Source: Chloroflexota bacterium
Lineage (GTDB): Bacteria > Chloroflexota > UBA11872 > VXOZ01
DNA: 64,000 bases
Assembly (NCBI GenBank): GCA_963662335.2
Contig: CAXXVD010000003.1
Location: 512,001-576,000 of the forward strand
Reading direction: 5' to 3'
This document shows positions 1-10,140 of the stretch, one piece after another (the stretch's first letter is position 1; each line of letters opens with the position of its first letter). The notes below the pieces were generated by a model. That model saw only the letters and a list, made by a program, of their open reading frames with translations. It was not told the origin of the DNA and did no database searches. The translations under genes and the position numbers were made by a program.

Positions 1-1040
1 GCGCCCAGCAATCCGGCCGCGGTGATGTGGCGCGTCGGCCCGGCCGCGCCCGTGAAGCGGAAGACCGCCGGCGCGTTGAGAATGACGGCCATGCCGTGGG
101 GCACGATTGGCTGCTCCCCGGCGTACCCGTGCGGGTGGTAGCCGCGCACCATGCCCGCCACCGGATAGGACATACCGTGCGGCAGGTGCACGCCGGCGTT
201 GCCAAAGCCGATACCGGCAAACGAGGCCGCCAGCAGCATCTTTTCCCGCGCTTCCCGGTCCTCGGGATCCGCCATAGCCCGGGGCAAGAACTCCGCCACC
301 ATCGAGAGCGTCTCCCGCGCCCACAGGTCGCTCACCGGATTCGAGCCCTGGTACGCCGCCCGCAAGAGAGGCCGCGCCGGATAGGGCCGCGCGGTGTAGG
401 CAATCGCGGTATAGGACTCCAGCGCGTGGCTCAGCACGTCGCAGCCGGTGCAGGCCACCGCCGTGGGCGAGAGGGTGGCGGTGTTCTCCGGGTCGATGAT
501 GCCCAGGGTAGGCTTCAGGTTGCGGTGGGCGATGCCGGTTTTCGCGTGCATCGCCACCAGGTCGAAGATGGCAGTGCCCGTGGTCTCGCTGCCGGTGCCG
601 GCCGTAGTCGGAATCGCGATCAGCGGCTTGAGCGGCCCCGGCACCGGCAGCCCCTTGCCGATGGGGGCATTGACATAATCGAGGAAGTCGGCGGGATAGG
701 TGGCGTAGAGATTGGCGGCTTTGGCGGTGTCGATGGTGGAACCGCCGCCCACCGCCACAAACGAATCTACCTCCTCCGCGACGGCAAACGCGATTGCTTC
801 CTGAAACGAGGCGTCGGTGGGTTCGATCTGCACGCGGTCGAAGAGCGCGTAGGGCACCTTGGCCTCTTCCAGCGCCGCGCGCACCGTCGCGACCGGCGGC
901 AACTCCCGCAGCACCGGATCGGTGACCACCATCACCCGCCGCGCGCCCCGGTCGACCAGGTCCAACCCCACCTCGCGGGTCACGCCCCAGCCGAAACGGA
1001 TGCTGGACGCCGCCATTTCAAACGCTATGTCTTGCTCCAT
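1..1040 (-). CDS. Hydroxyacid-oxoacid transhydrogenase / Fe-containing alcohol dehydrogenase family (3' end runs off the window)
   Basis: Not in the ORF track; translated by hand from ATG at 1040: MEQDIAFEMAASSIRFGWGVTREVG...VAVGGGSTIDTAKAANLY...IAIPTTAGTGSETT...GFGNAGVHLPHGMSYP...VPHG. GGAG RBS upstream. Confidence 0.88.
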   Translation of the reverse strand, partial: MEQDIAFEMAASSIRFGWGVTREVGLDLVDRGARRVMVVTDPVLRELPPVATVRAALEEAKVPYALFDRVQIEPTDASFQEAIAFAVAEEVDSFVAVGGGSTIDTAKAANLYATYPADFLDYVNAPIGKGLPVPGPLKPLIAIPTTAGTGSETTGTAIFDLVAMHAKTGIAHRNLKPTLGIIDPENTATLSPTAVACTGCDVLSHALESYTAIAYTARPYPARPLLRAAYQGSNPVSDLWARETLSMVAEFLPRAMADPEDREAREKMLLAASFAGIGFGNAGVHLPHGMSYPVAGMVRGYHPHGYAGEQPIVPHGMAVILNAPAVFRFTGAAGPTRHITAAGLLG

Positions 1041-1108
1041 GCCGCCAACTCCTCGCGCGCTACCGCCATGCTCCGCCGCCTATGCGTATGCTACATGCAT
1101 AGTACCAA

Positions 1109-3598
1109 TTACAGCGCGCGCACCGCCTGTTCCAGCCTCTCGGTCGCTTCCAGGTAGTCGTCGCCGGGGGTAAAGACCAGCGGCTTGCCGAATTCCACGG
1201 TCACGTGGCCGCGCCAGGGGAATTTCGCGCCCTCGAAAATGCCCGGCCGCACCTGCCGCACCCGGATCGGCGCCACCGGCGTGCGCGACTCCACCGCCAC
1301 GAACCCGGTGCCGGGCTTGAATTCCTTGATCTCGCCGGGCGTGCGGTCGCCCTCGGGGAAGATGAGCACCGACCAGTCGCTATCCAGCAGGTTGCCCAGG
1401 TTTTCCAGGCTGCGCCGCACCGGGCCGTAGCGAGCGAACGGGAACGTGTTGCCCAACAGCGGGCTGAATATCCGCCACCACACCGACGAGAAGTAGTTAT
1501 CCGCCGCCGCCGCCATAGCCAGCCGCCGGCGCGCCGAGGGCGAGAGGCCCAGCAGTATCATCCCGGCGTCCAGCCGCAGGTTGTGGTTCGAGGCGTAGAG
1601 CACCGGCCCGGCAAGGCCATCCAGATGCTCCGTGCCCTTAACCTCCACCCGGTAGAGCAGCCGGATGCCGGGATTGACAATCAGGTAATAGAGAAGTGTG
1701 CGCGCGATGCGGCACCAGCCGGCCCGGCTCCACGCGGGAAACCGCTCGTCCTCGCTGGCGCTGCCCTGGGCCAGCAGCGCTTCCAAGTCGCCCACGGTCG
1801 TCTCCGGGTGCACCTGGGTCTCGTCGATGTAGACGCCGAGTTCCTGCTCGATTGCCGAGAGCAACTCGACCCGTCCCAGGGAATCCAGCCCGATGTCGGC
1901 CCCCAGGCTGCGCTCCGCGCTCACGTCCGCGGCGGACACCTCGCAGATGCGCACGATAAGCTGCTCCAGCGGCGTCAGCGCCTCTTTCGCCTCCGCAACC
2001 GGAACTGCCGTCGGTTCCGCTTCACCCTGCGCGTCCGCGACGAGTTGCTCCAACACGATGTTCTTCTTCACCTTGAGCGTATGGGTGCGGGGAAAGTCCT
2101 CGTCCGGCCACGTGCTGAAGCCCCGAATCTGCTGGTGGGCGGCCAACTGGGGGTTGACTGCCGCCACCACCGCGCCGGGGTCTCCGCCCTCGTCGCCGTC
2201 GCTGGGAATGAGCACGGCGTACACGTCCTCGCCGCCGCTCGCGCTCGGCATCCCCACCACCACCGCGTCCGTCACCGCCGGGTGGCTCTGCAGCAGCGGC
2301 TCGATGTCCTCCGGATAGACGTTCTGGCCGTTGGCCAGCACGATCAGGTCTTTCTTCCGTCCCTTGAAGTAGATGAAGCCGTCCTCGTCGATGTGGCCCA
2401 GGTCGCCGGTCTTGTACCACTCGCCGTCGAACGACGACGCCGTGATTTCCGGCGCGTTCCAGTAGCCCTGCGTCACGTTGGGGCCGCGGGTGTGGATTTC
2501 GCCGTCCTCCGCGATGCGCACGTCCTGTCCCGGCAGCGCCTTGCCCAGGGCGTCCAGTTTCTTGGCTTGAAAGCTGTTGCAGGCCACAATCGGCGCGGCC
2601 TCGGTGGTGCCGTAGCCCTGGAGCACCATAATGCCCAGCGCCTCCCACTTTTCGGCCAGGGGCGGGTCCAGGCGCGCGCCGCCGCACATCACGAACTCCA
2701 ATTTGCCGCCGAAACGCTTGTGCACTTTGGCGAATAGCTTCTTACGCAGCCACACCGGCAGGCGCGGCGCGGCGCCCATGATCTTCTCTAACTGCTCCTT
2801 CTTGCCGGTGCGTTCGGCCTCCCGCTCGATGGCGTTCATGAAGAGTTCCAGCGCCTGGGGCACCAGCACGATGCTGGTGATGCCGTTCTCCTGCATGGTG
2901 CGCACCAGAATGCTCGGCTGGCGGCTGACGGGATAGACCACCTGGCCGCCGCCGTAGAGGACCGCAATGAGGCCCACCGTCTGCTCCAGCATGTGGCTGA
3001 GCGGCAGGAGCGAGAGCAAACGCCAGTGGGGCAAAGGCGTCACCACCTGGCACGCGGCCACCACGTTGGACATGATATTGCCGTGGGTGAGGATCACCCC
3101 TTTGGGCGCGCCGGTGGTGCCGGAGGTGAACATGATCTCCGCGATGTCGTCCGCCGCCACCGCAACCTGCGGCGGCGTCTCGCGGCCTTCGTCCCGCAGC
3201 AACGTTTCCAGGTCTTCGATGTTCAGATGCGGCAGCGCGTCGACTTCCGCGTTTTCCGGCGTGAACTGGGAGATGAAGGCGAACTTGGGGTCGGTCTGCC
3301 CGAGCACGCCGGCCACGAATTCCGGCGCGCTGCGGATGTCGAACGGCACGGCGATCGCGCCCAACCGCAGGCAGCCGAAGAGCGCCACCACCCACTCCGG
3401 CCGGTTCGGCGCCCAGATCACCACCCGGTCGCCCTTCTCGATGCCCCGGCCGTTGAGATACGCCGCGACCCGGCCGGCGGCTTCCCATAACTCGCGGTAA
3501 CTCCAGCGGCGCACGCGGATGCCCGGCTTGATGCTCAGCGCGGTAGCATCGCCAAAACGGCCGGCGGCGGTCTCCAGGAGGTCGTTCAGCGTCTGCAT
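1109..3598 (-). CDS. Long-chain acyl-CoA/acyl-ACP synthetase fused to an acyl carrier domain and a PlsC-type acyltransferase
   Basis: AMP-binding motifs FTSGTTGAPKG, GYGTTE and YKTGDLG; phosphopantetheine site GLDSLG; acyltransferase motifs NHNLRLD (HxxxxD) and IFPEG. Confidence 0.88.
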   Translation of the reverse strand: MQTLNDLLETAAGRFGDATALSIKPGIRVRRWSYRELWEAAGRVAAYLNGRGIEKGDRVVIWAPNRPEWVVALFGCLRLGAIAVPFDIRSAPEFVAGVLGQTDPKFAFISQFTPENAEVDALPHLNIEDLETLLRDEGRETPPQVAVAADDIAEIMFTSGTTGAPKGVILTHGNIMSNVVAACQVVTPLPHWRLLSLLPLSHMLEQTVGLIAVLYGGGQVVYPVSRQPSILVRTMQENGITSIVLVPQALELFMNAIEREAERTGKKEQLEKIMGAAPRLPVWLRKKLFAKVHKRFGGKLEFVMCGGARLDPPLAEKWEALGIMVLQGYGTTEAAPIVACNSFQAKKLDALGKALPGQDVRIAEDGEIHTRGPNVTQGYWNAPEITASSFDGEWYKTGDLGHIDEDGFIYFKGRKKDLIVLANGQNVYPEDIEPLLQSHPAVTDAVVVGMPSASGGEDVYAVLIPSDGDEGGDPGAVVAAVNPQLAAHQQIRGFSTWPDEDFPRTHTLKVKKNIVLEQLVADAQGEAEPTAVPVAEAKEALTPLEQLIVRICEVSAADVSAERSLGADIGLDSLGRVELLSAIEQELGVYIDETQVHPETTVGDLEALLAQGSASEDERFPAWSRAGWCRIARTLLYYLIVNPGIRLLYRVEVKGTEHLDGLAGPVLYASNHNLRLDAGMILLGLSPSARRRLAMAAAADNYFSSVWWRIFSPLLGNTFPFARYGPVRRSLENLGNLLDSDWSVLIFPEGDRTPGEIKEFKPGTGFVAVESRTPVAPIRVRQVRPGIFEGAKFPWRGHVTVEFGKPLVFTPGDDYLEATERLEQAVRAL

Positions 3599-3794
3599 GC
3601 GGCTCTCCTTGCGTCTTTACTGGAAGCAATTCATGCACATTGTACGGTGCATTATACGCGCCGCTTCGGTTTATGAAAACCGCGCGCGCTGTGGTACGGT
3701 GAAGAGGGAAGCCATACGCGAGCGCCGATTGACCTAGCGGACTCGCGGGCGTCGCGGTTGGCTCAGCCCCATCTGCAAGGAGCGCAATCAATCG

Positions 3795-4511
3795 GTGCCG
3801 GACATCCGATTCTTCGAGCCAATCGCCATCGCGCCCGGCGTGAATCAAGTGCACGTGCTGGGCGCCCGCGTCACCGTGCTGGAGACGGCTGACGGCGTGG
3901 TGCTGGTAGACGCCGGCAGCCGGGGCAGCCTGCCGTTCATAAAGCTGGGATTGGGCGCGCTCGACATCGCCCTGGAGCAGGTGCGGCTCATCGCGCTGAC
4001 GCACAGCCATCCCGATCACGCCGGCGGTCTGGCGGAACTGGTGGAGGCCACTTCCGCGCCGGTGGCCGTGCACCAGAGCGAAGCCGGCATCGTGCGCGGC
4101 GACGACCCGCCGCCCAGCCCGCTCCGCCGCGAGGCGCTGCCGCAGGTGCAGCCGGTCTTCTCCGTGTTCAGCGGCCCGCCGGTGGACGTGCGCTACCCGC
4201 TGGAAGACGGCGATTGCCTGCCCGTGGCCGCGGGCGTGCGCGTCATCCACACGCCGGGCCACACCCAGGGGAGCATCTGTCTGTACGTGGAACCGGCTCA
4301 GGCGCTCATCGTCGGCGACGCGCTGCAATTTCGCTTCGGCAAGCTGCTCGGACCTTCGTGGCTCTTTACGCGCGACCCGGAACTGGCGCGCGCGTCCTTG
4401 GCCAAACTGCTGGACGTGGACTTCCGCACCCTCTGCTTCAGCCACTTCCCGCCGATCAAGGAAGACGCGCGCGCGATGCTCGCCGGCTACCTGCAAGGCG
4501 TGGAAGCCTGA
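3795..4511 (+). CDS. MBL-fold metallo-hydrolase
   Basis: THSHPDHAGG, HTPGHT, GDA and terminal H motifs. Confidence 0.85.
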   Translation: MPDIRFFEPIAIAPGVNQVHVLGARVTVLETADGVVLVDAGSRGSLPFIKLGLGALDIALEQVRLIALTHSHPDHAGGLAELVEATSAPVAVHQSEAGIVRGDDPPPSPLRREALPQVQPVFSVFSGPPVDVRYPLEDGDCLPVAAGVRVIHTPGHTQGSICLYVEPAQALIVGDALQFRFGKLLGPSWLFTRDPELARASLAKLLDVDFRTLCFSHFPPIKEDARAMLAGYLQGVEA

Positions 4512-4556
4512 CGCCGCCCGCTTAGCGGCGGCGCCGGCCTGCAACCGGCCTCCCCG

Positions 4557-4580
4557 GTAGCGCAGGTTGCAAACCTGCGC
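4557..4580 (+). repeat. REP-like palindrome type A (GTAGCGCAGGTTGCAAACCTGCGC)
   Basis: GTAG head plus hairpin; related copies at 13605, 19644, 21328-21351, 56664 and 59011. Confidence 0.75.
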
Positions 4581-4692
4581 CCTCTCCCGCCTCTCGCCCC
4601 AACGCGGGCATGAAGTTTGGCGAGAGACATTGTACAGTAGTGGTGAGCGGACGACTGGCACGCGCGCACATCAGCAAAGAGGTAGCGGAGAC

Positions 4693-5916
4693 ATGGCGGA
4701 AGAACTCGCGGCAGGACTGAGCGCGGGCGGCGCGACGCGGCCCGCCGGCTTTCTGGCGGACGGCGTATTTTGCGGCATCAAGGAACATGACCCGGCCGGC
4801 GAAAAACGCGACGTGGGCTGTCTGGTATCGGAACGTCCCGCCACCGTGGCCGGCGTCTTCACGAAGAACGTGGTGAAGGCCGCGCCGGTGCTGCTCGACC
4901 AGGAGCGCGTGCGGCGGGGCGCGACCCGCGGCATCGTCTACTGCAGCGGCAACGCCAACGCCTGCACGGGCGACCAGGGCATGGCCAACGCCCGGGAAAT
5001 GGCGGCGCAATTGGCGGCGCAGGTCGGCGTGGCCGCCGAGGACATCCTGGTCTGCTCCACCGGCATTATCGGCCATCAACTGCCCATGGAGACAGTCCGG
5101 GAAGGGATCAGCCGCCTCGCGCCCGCGAAAGACCGCCACCGCGACGCCGCTACCGCCATGCTCACCACCGACGCCTGGCCCAAGGAAGCCGCGGCCGAGT
5201 TCCAGGCCAACGGCGTCACCTACGCGGTCGGCGGCATGGCCAAGGGCGCGGCCATGATCCATCCCAACATGGCCACCATGCTCGTCTACCTCACCACCGA
5301 CGCGCCGGTTGGCAATGCCTTCCTGGACTCCGCGCTGCGGCGGGCGGTGGCTGATTCCTTCCACGTAATCAGCGTGGACGGCGATACGTCCACCAACGAT
5401 ACGGTGTTGGTTCTTGCCAACGGCGCGGCCGGCGGACCGGAAATTAACGGGGGCGCGGCTGGTGACGCTTTCGAGGACGCGCTGCGGGCGGTGGCCGTCT
5501 TCCTGGCCAAGGAGATCGTGCGCAACGCGGAAGGCGCCACCAAGATCTTCGGCGTGGAGGTGCGCGGCGCGCCCACGGCGGACGCGGCCCGCGTCATCGG
5601 CCGCGCCGTTGCCAGTTCCAGCCTGGTAAAGACCGCCTTCCTCGGCTCAGACCCCAATTGGGGACGCATCATGTGCGCGGCCGGCTACAGCGGCGTGGAC
5701 TTCGATCCCGACAAGGCCTCGCTCTGGCTGGAAGATATTCTGCTCTTCCGCAACGGGACGCCTACTGAATTTGACGAGGACGCCGCCTCGGCCCTGCTGG
5801 ACCGCAAGGAGACGATGTTCATCCTGGACCTGGCCGCCGGCGACGCCACCGCCACCGCCTGGGGCTGCGACCTGACCACGGAGTACGTCATCTTCAACAG
5901 CGACTACCGCACATAA
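4693..5916 (+). CDS. argJ: Bifunctional ornithine acetyltransferase / N-acetylglutamate synthase
   Basis: SGNANACTG, GMAKGAAMIHPNMATML (autoproteolysis site), DGDTSTND, DPNWGR, WGCDLT. Start moved to ATG 4693 after GGAG. Confidence 0.95.
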   Translation: MAEELAAGLSAGGATRPAGFLADGVFCGIKEHDPAGEKRDVGCLVSERPATVAGVFTKNVVKAAPVLLDQERVRRGATRGIVYCSGNANACTGDQGMANAREMAAQLAAQVGVAAEDILVCSTGIIGHQLPMETVREGISRLAPAKDRHRDAATAMLTTDAWPKEAAAEFQANGVTYAVGGMAKGAAMIHPNMATMLVYLTTDAPVGNAFLDSALRRAVADSFHVISVDGDTSTNDTVLVLANGAAGGPEINGGAAGDAFEDALRAVAVFLAKEIVRNAEGATKIFGVEVRGAPTADAARVIGRAVASSSLVKTAFLGSDPNWGRIMCAAGYSGVDFDPDKASLWLEDILLFRNGTPTEFDEDAASALLDRKETMFILDLAAGDATATAWGCDLTTEYVIFNSDYRT

Positions 5917-5949
5917 GAGGCCAAACTGCCTCAAGGGAGAGCGGGCGGC

Positions 5950-6720
5950 ATGACAGGTGAAGCCACACAAAACCCAATCCCGTTTGAGCCGGTAGTAACC
6001 GGCCACGTGACGCAGGCCCGGCGCGTTGGCAGAGGCCCGGCCATCTGGCTGGCGGGCGATCCCGCGGACCTCGCGCCCTGGATGGAGCGCGGCGCCGCCG
6101 GCATCGTCACCAACACCGTCGTCCTCAACGAGATGGTGAAGAAATACGGGCAGATAGCAGACGTCGTGCAGCGCTACCTGGACATCACCGACAAGCCCGT
6201 GGTCGTCGAAGTGGACGGCCACTCCACGGCGGAGTTGCTCGACGTGAGTCGCCGCTTTACCGGCATGTCCGACCAGATCATCATCAAGATTCCCTGCACC
6301 GTGCATGCGCTGGCGGCCTTTCGCTGTTTGGCGGAAGAGGGCGTCGAGACTTTCTGCACCACCGTCTTCTCGCTGCCCCAGGCGGCGGCCGTGGCCCAGG
6401 CGGGCGCGACCCACGTCCTGCCCTTCTGCGAGCCGGTGAAGCAGATGGGCGGCGACCCCACCAAGCTCGTGCGCGAGTGCGTGCGCATGTTCGCCGGCTG
6501 GGAGCACCGCCCCTACGTCACCGCCGCCCTCGTCAGGAGCGTTGACACTGCCTACGCCGCTCTGCGCGACGGCGCCGACGGCATCATCATCTTCTGGCCC
6601 ATTTTCCAGGAGATGCTGGCGCACCCGCTCACCGACACGTGGAACGAGACTTTCCTGGCCGAATGGGAGGCCATGCGCGACGCCGGCCGGCTGGCAGGCG
6701 TGCCGGTGAAAGACGGTTAG
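5950..6720 (+). CDS. Transaldolase / fructose-6-phosphate aldolase family protein (divergent)
   Basis: IIIKIPCT (Schiff-base Lys), TTVFSLPQA, AGATHVLPF and C-terminal HPLTD; several substrate residues differ from consensus. Confidence 0.75.
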   Translation: MTGEATQNPIPFEPVVTGHVTQARRVGRGPAIWLAGDPADLAPWMERGAAGIVTNTVVLNEMVKKYGQIADVVQRYLDITDKPVVVEVDGHSTAELLDVSRRFTGMSDQIIIKIPCTVHALAAFRCLAEEGVETFCTTVFSLPQAAAVAQAGATHVLPFCEPVKQMGGDPTKLVRECVRMFAGWEHRPYVTAALVRSVDTAYAALRDGADGIIIFWPIFQEMLAHPLTDTWNETFLAEWEAMRDAGRLAGVPVKDG

Positions 6721-7103
6721 CCGCCTGACGCTCTTCTCTGCGCGAGCGCACCCTGGATGAGCGCCCGCACCGCCGGCTTTTGGGCGTCAGCCAGCGAACG
6801 GATCTTCACGTGGCGCATCTTGGCACCGGATCCTTCCAGCAAATTGTCCGGGTCGCTCAGGTCCGCGCCCTGGTAGAAGCCGAGGTTGATCCACGACGTG
6901 TGGGGCAGAATGTAGGCGTAGCCGTCCTTCATCTTGCGCGGCCCCACGCCGTAGGTGGCGGCGCGATCGCCGAGACGCACCACCTCGCACGCCTGCGGGT
7001 CAACCTCGAGAATTACCTTCCGCAAAGCCGCGGCGATAGGGCGCAAAGGCTCTGACGTCATCCGCAGCAAGTCGTCGAATGTGCCAATCTTAGCCGCTGC
7101 CAT
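6717..7103 (-). CDS. DUF1801 (YdhG-like) domain protein
   Basis: INLGFYQGADLSDPDNLLEGSGAKMRHVKI is characteristic of this family. Confidence 0.8.
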   Translation of the reverse strand: MAAAKIGTFDDLLRMTSEPLRPIAAALRKVILEVDPQACEVVRLGDRAATYGVGPRKMKDGYAYILPHTSWINLGFYQGADLSDPDNLLEGSGAKMRHVKIRSLADAQKPAVRALIQGALAQRRASGG

Positions 7104-7205
7104 GCGTGATTCTCCCGTTGGAGACCGGAACTGGACGGCAGTGTATCATAGAGTTGACGCGGCCTGACGTGCGGCGCACTCCTTTCAGCAGACAGCGCAT
7201 TCGCA

Positions 7206-8057
7206 ATGCCCGGCATCGACCTTCACCTCCACACCACCGCATCCGACGGCGCGTTTGCGCCCGTCGCGCTCGCGCGCATGGCGCATGAGGCCGGGCTGGA
7301 CTGCATCGCCATTACCGACCACGACAGCACCGGCGGCGTGGCAGCGGCCCAGAAAGCCGGGCGCGAGTGCGGCGTGCGCGTGATCGCCGGCATCGAGTTC
7401 AACACCCTATGGCACGGCCAGTCGGTGCACGTGCTTGGCTATTTCGTGGACACGGCGCACCCGGAGTTGCAGACGGTTGTCGCGCGGCAGCGGGACGGCC
7501 GCCTCTACCGCGCGCAGCGGATGGTGGAAAAACTGGCGGCGCTGAACATGCCGCTTGACTGGCAGGAGATTCTGCGGGACGCCGGCGGCGGCGCGGTGGG
7601 ACGCCCCCATATTGCCAAGGCCATGCTTGCCCGGGGCTACGTGCGCGACTCCAACGAGGCCTTCGACCGCTTCCTCGGCCACGGCATGCCCGCCTACGTG
7701 GAGCAGCCCAAGCTCACGCCGGTTGAAGCCGTAACGTTGCTGCACCGCGCCGGGGCCGCGGCCGGCCTGGCGCACCCGTACAACGTGGAAGGCGCCGACC
7801 AGGTAGACCTGGACACCCTCGTGCCTGAACTCGCCGCGGCCGGCCTGGACGCCATCGAAACGTACTACACCGGCTACTCGGCAGCGCAGCGAGAGGCCAT
7901 CCTGGCGCTGGCAGCGCGTTTCGATCTGATCCCCACCGGCGGCAGCGACTTCCACGGCGGCGGCATCCTGCCCCAGGCCGAACTGGGCGCAATCCACGTG
8001 CCGCCGGCATCCCTCGCGCGTTTGGAAGCGGCCGCCCGGCAACGCGCGGCGCGGTAG
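7206..8057 (+). CDS. PHP-domain phosphatase (YciV/TrpH-like)
   Basis: DLHLHTTASDG, AITDHD, GRPHIA, LAHP, TGGSDFHG. Confidence 0.9.
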   Translation: MPGIDLHLHTTASDGAFAPVALARMAHEAGLDCIAITDHDSTGGVAAAQKAGRECGVRVIAGIEFNTLWHGQSVHVLGYFVDTAHPELQTVVARQRDGRLYRAQRMVEKLAALNMPLDWQEILRDAGGGAVGRPHIAKAMLARGYVRDSNEAFDRFLGHGMPAYVEQPKLTPVEAVTLLHRAGAAAGLAHPYNVEGADQVDLDTLVPELAAAGLDAIETYYTGYSAAQREAILALAARFDLIPTGGSDFHGGGILPQAELGAIHVPPASLARLEAAARQRAAR

Positions 8058-8164
8058 CGCGTTACCGCCGCGCCCGGTGCGGCAGGCTTGCCGCGTTTGC
8101 GTGTCCCAGAGCCTGATTGAAAAGTAGAGGCAGGGAGCCAATTGTGCCAGCCGGCTCGTGTTGG

Positions 8165-8290
8165 CGCCGTCAGCCACTGACAACCAGTGCGCACCACGTA
8201 CACGACGGCGTTCACCACCGCTCTCATGTCCCGTTCCGGCGGGCATCCCGGCCCCTTCCGACCAGGGAACAACTAACGAATGATGGGGCA
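8165..8290 (-). pseudogene. IS5-family transposase N-terminal remnant
   Basis: Minus strand reads IIR*LFPGRKGPGCPPERDMRAVVNAVVYVVRTGCQW, resembling the IS5 (DUF4096) N-terminal motif; it has an in-frame stop and no DDE domain follows. Confidence 0.65.
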
Positions 8291-8353
8291 ACGTGACCGC
8301 AAGTTTGCTGCTCGGCCAAGAATGCGCGCTGCGCCAGGAAAGCAAGCAAACAG

Positions 8354-9868
8354 CTACAGCGGGTCGGCAAACGCGCGCGTATCCGTGGCCGGGCCGTCGT
8401 AGTCGTCCAGGTAGTTCATCTCGCCGGTCAGCGGCCAGTGGTAGGGCTCCGGCGGGCGCACGTGGCGGGTCCAGCGGGCCATGAGTTCCAGGTCGGGAGT
8501 TTTCCGCTCGATGCGGCGGGCGATGTAGTTGGGGTTCCAGTCAACGTGCACCTCCGCCAGTAGTTGCTCCTGGATGTGCCGGTATTGCGGATCTGAGGCC
8601 AGGTCGGTGGTCTCGCGGGGGTCGTCCGCCAGGTTGAAGAGTTGCGCCGGTTCGCCGTGGTAGTAGTTCAGCTTCCACGGGCCGCGCCGCACCATGCGTT
8701 GGAAGCGGCCGTGGGGCGCGTACTCCGCCAGCGCCACGTCCTTCCAGGCGGCGCTCTCGCCGCGCAGCGCCGGCAGGAGCGAATCGCCCCGCCCGTGCGG
8801 CAGCGGCTCCGCGCCGAGGGCGTCCACCATGGTGGCCACCACGTCCACGGTGCTCACCGCCTGCGTGAAGCGCGCGCCCGCCGGCAGCCTGCCCGGCCAC
8901 GAAAATATAGCCGGCACGCGGATTGAGCCTTCGTAGAACGTCTGCTTGAACCAGAGGCCGTGCTCGCCCACCTGGTCGCCGTGGTCGGAGGTGTAGACGA
9001 CCAGCGTGTTCTCCGCCAGGCCGTTGGCCTCCAGCGCGTCGAGAATCTGGCCGATCATCGCGTCCATGCGGTCCACCAGCGCCCAATAGGCCGTGCGCGC
9101 GCGCATAGTCTCGGCGTCGGTGGCCTTGTCCAGGCCGCACTGCTCGCGCCACCAGCCGATGTAGGGATGCGGATCGCTGGGCGGCTGCGGGTGCGTCGGC
9201 GGCGGCACCTTGCCCCAGTAGCGGTCGTAGTCGGCTTTGCGCGCCACGTAGGGCTGGTGCGGCAGCAGATAGCCGACCGTGAGGCAGAACGGCTCGCGCA
9301 GCACGCCGGCGCGCCGTTGCCAGCCCAGGCGGTTGAGCGCGTCTACCGTCGCGGCGGTGGTGTCCTCGTCGATCACCTCGTAGCCGCTCTGGCCGGCGCC
9401 GGTGCGCTCCAGCGCCACGGCATAGGGCCCGGCCGTGCCGCCGCCCAACATGCCCAGGTCAATCCCCGTGCCGCCGGGATAGCTGGGCGTGGCGTCGCCG
9501 CCGCTGCGCTCGGCAAAGCCGTGATGCTGGTCCGCCCCCACGAAGTGCATGCGCCCGATGAGTTTAGGCCGGTAGCCCGCAGCCCCCAGGGCATGGGCGT
9601 ACGTGGGTATGCCGTGATCGAGAATGTGCCGGTTGTCCCAGGTCTCGATGTCGGTGGGGTACTGCCCGGTCATGTACGACATGCGCGCCGGCACGCAGAG
9701 CGGCGCGGTGCAGTAGAGGTTGTCCAGCACCACGCCGCCCGCGGCCAGCCGGTCCAGATGCGGCGTTTGCACCACCGGGTCGCCGTAGCAGCCCGTCACC
9801 ATGGGATTGTGTTGATCGGAGATGATGAAAAGCAAATTGGGACGTTGGGCGGACGCTTCTGCTGACAT
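8354..9868 (-). CDS. Sulfatase (choline-sulfatase-like, Cys-type)
   Basis: PNLLFIISDQH, LCVPAR (CxPxR), GRMHF, YTSDHGD, KQTFYE. Confidence 0.9.
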   Translation of the reverse strand: MSAEASAQRPNLLFIISDQHNPMVTGCYGDPVVQTPHLDRLAAGGVVLDNLYCTAPLCVPARMSYMTGQYPTDIETWDNRHILDHGIPTYAHALGAAGYRPKLIGRMHFVGADQHHGFAERSGGDATPSYPGGTGIDLGMLGGGTAGPYAVALERTGAGQSGYEVIDEDTTAATVDALNRLGWQRRAGVLREPFCLTVGYLLPHQPYVARKADYDRYWGKVPPPTHPQPPSDPHPYIGWWREQCGLDKATDAETMRARTAYWALVDRMDAMIGQILDALEANGLAENTLVVYTSDHGDQVGEHGLWFKQTFYEGSIRVPAIFSWPGRLPAGARFTQAVSTVDVVATMVDALGAEPLPHGRGDSLLPALRGESAAWKDVALAEYAPHGRFQRMVRRGPWKLNYYHGEPAQLFNLADDPRETTDLASDPQYRHIQEQLLAEVHVDWNPNYIARRIERKTPDLELMARWTRHVRPPEPYHWPLTGEMNYLDDYDGPATDTRAFADPL

Positions 9869-10140
9869 GCGCACTCTCCTTGGCGAGAATTACTCTAGTG
9901 TGGCGCGGCGCTGCCAAAACACTCGGAAACATGCCGCGCGGCACGCCCGATGCAGACCGCTTGCTTGGAGTGATAGTAGCACAGCAAGCGCGGCGGACTG
10001 GCGAGGATACTATAGTGCATCGTTCGCCCATCCGCCGCGCTCTTGCCGCATTGCCAGTCTACGCGGGCTCTCTGCAAACACGTGTGCGCGTCAAGCCATG
10101 CGCAGCGCGTGATTGCCGCACACGCACGAGGCTCTCGTTG

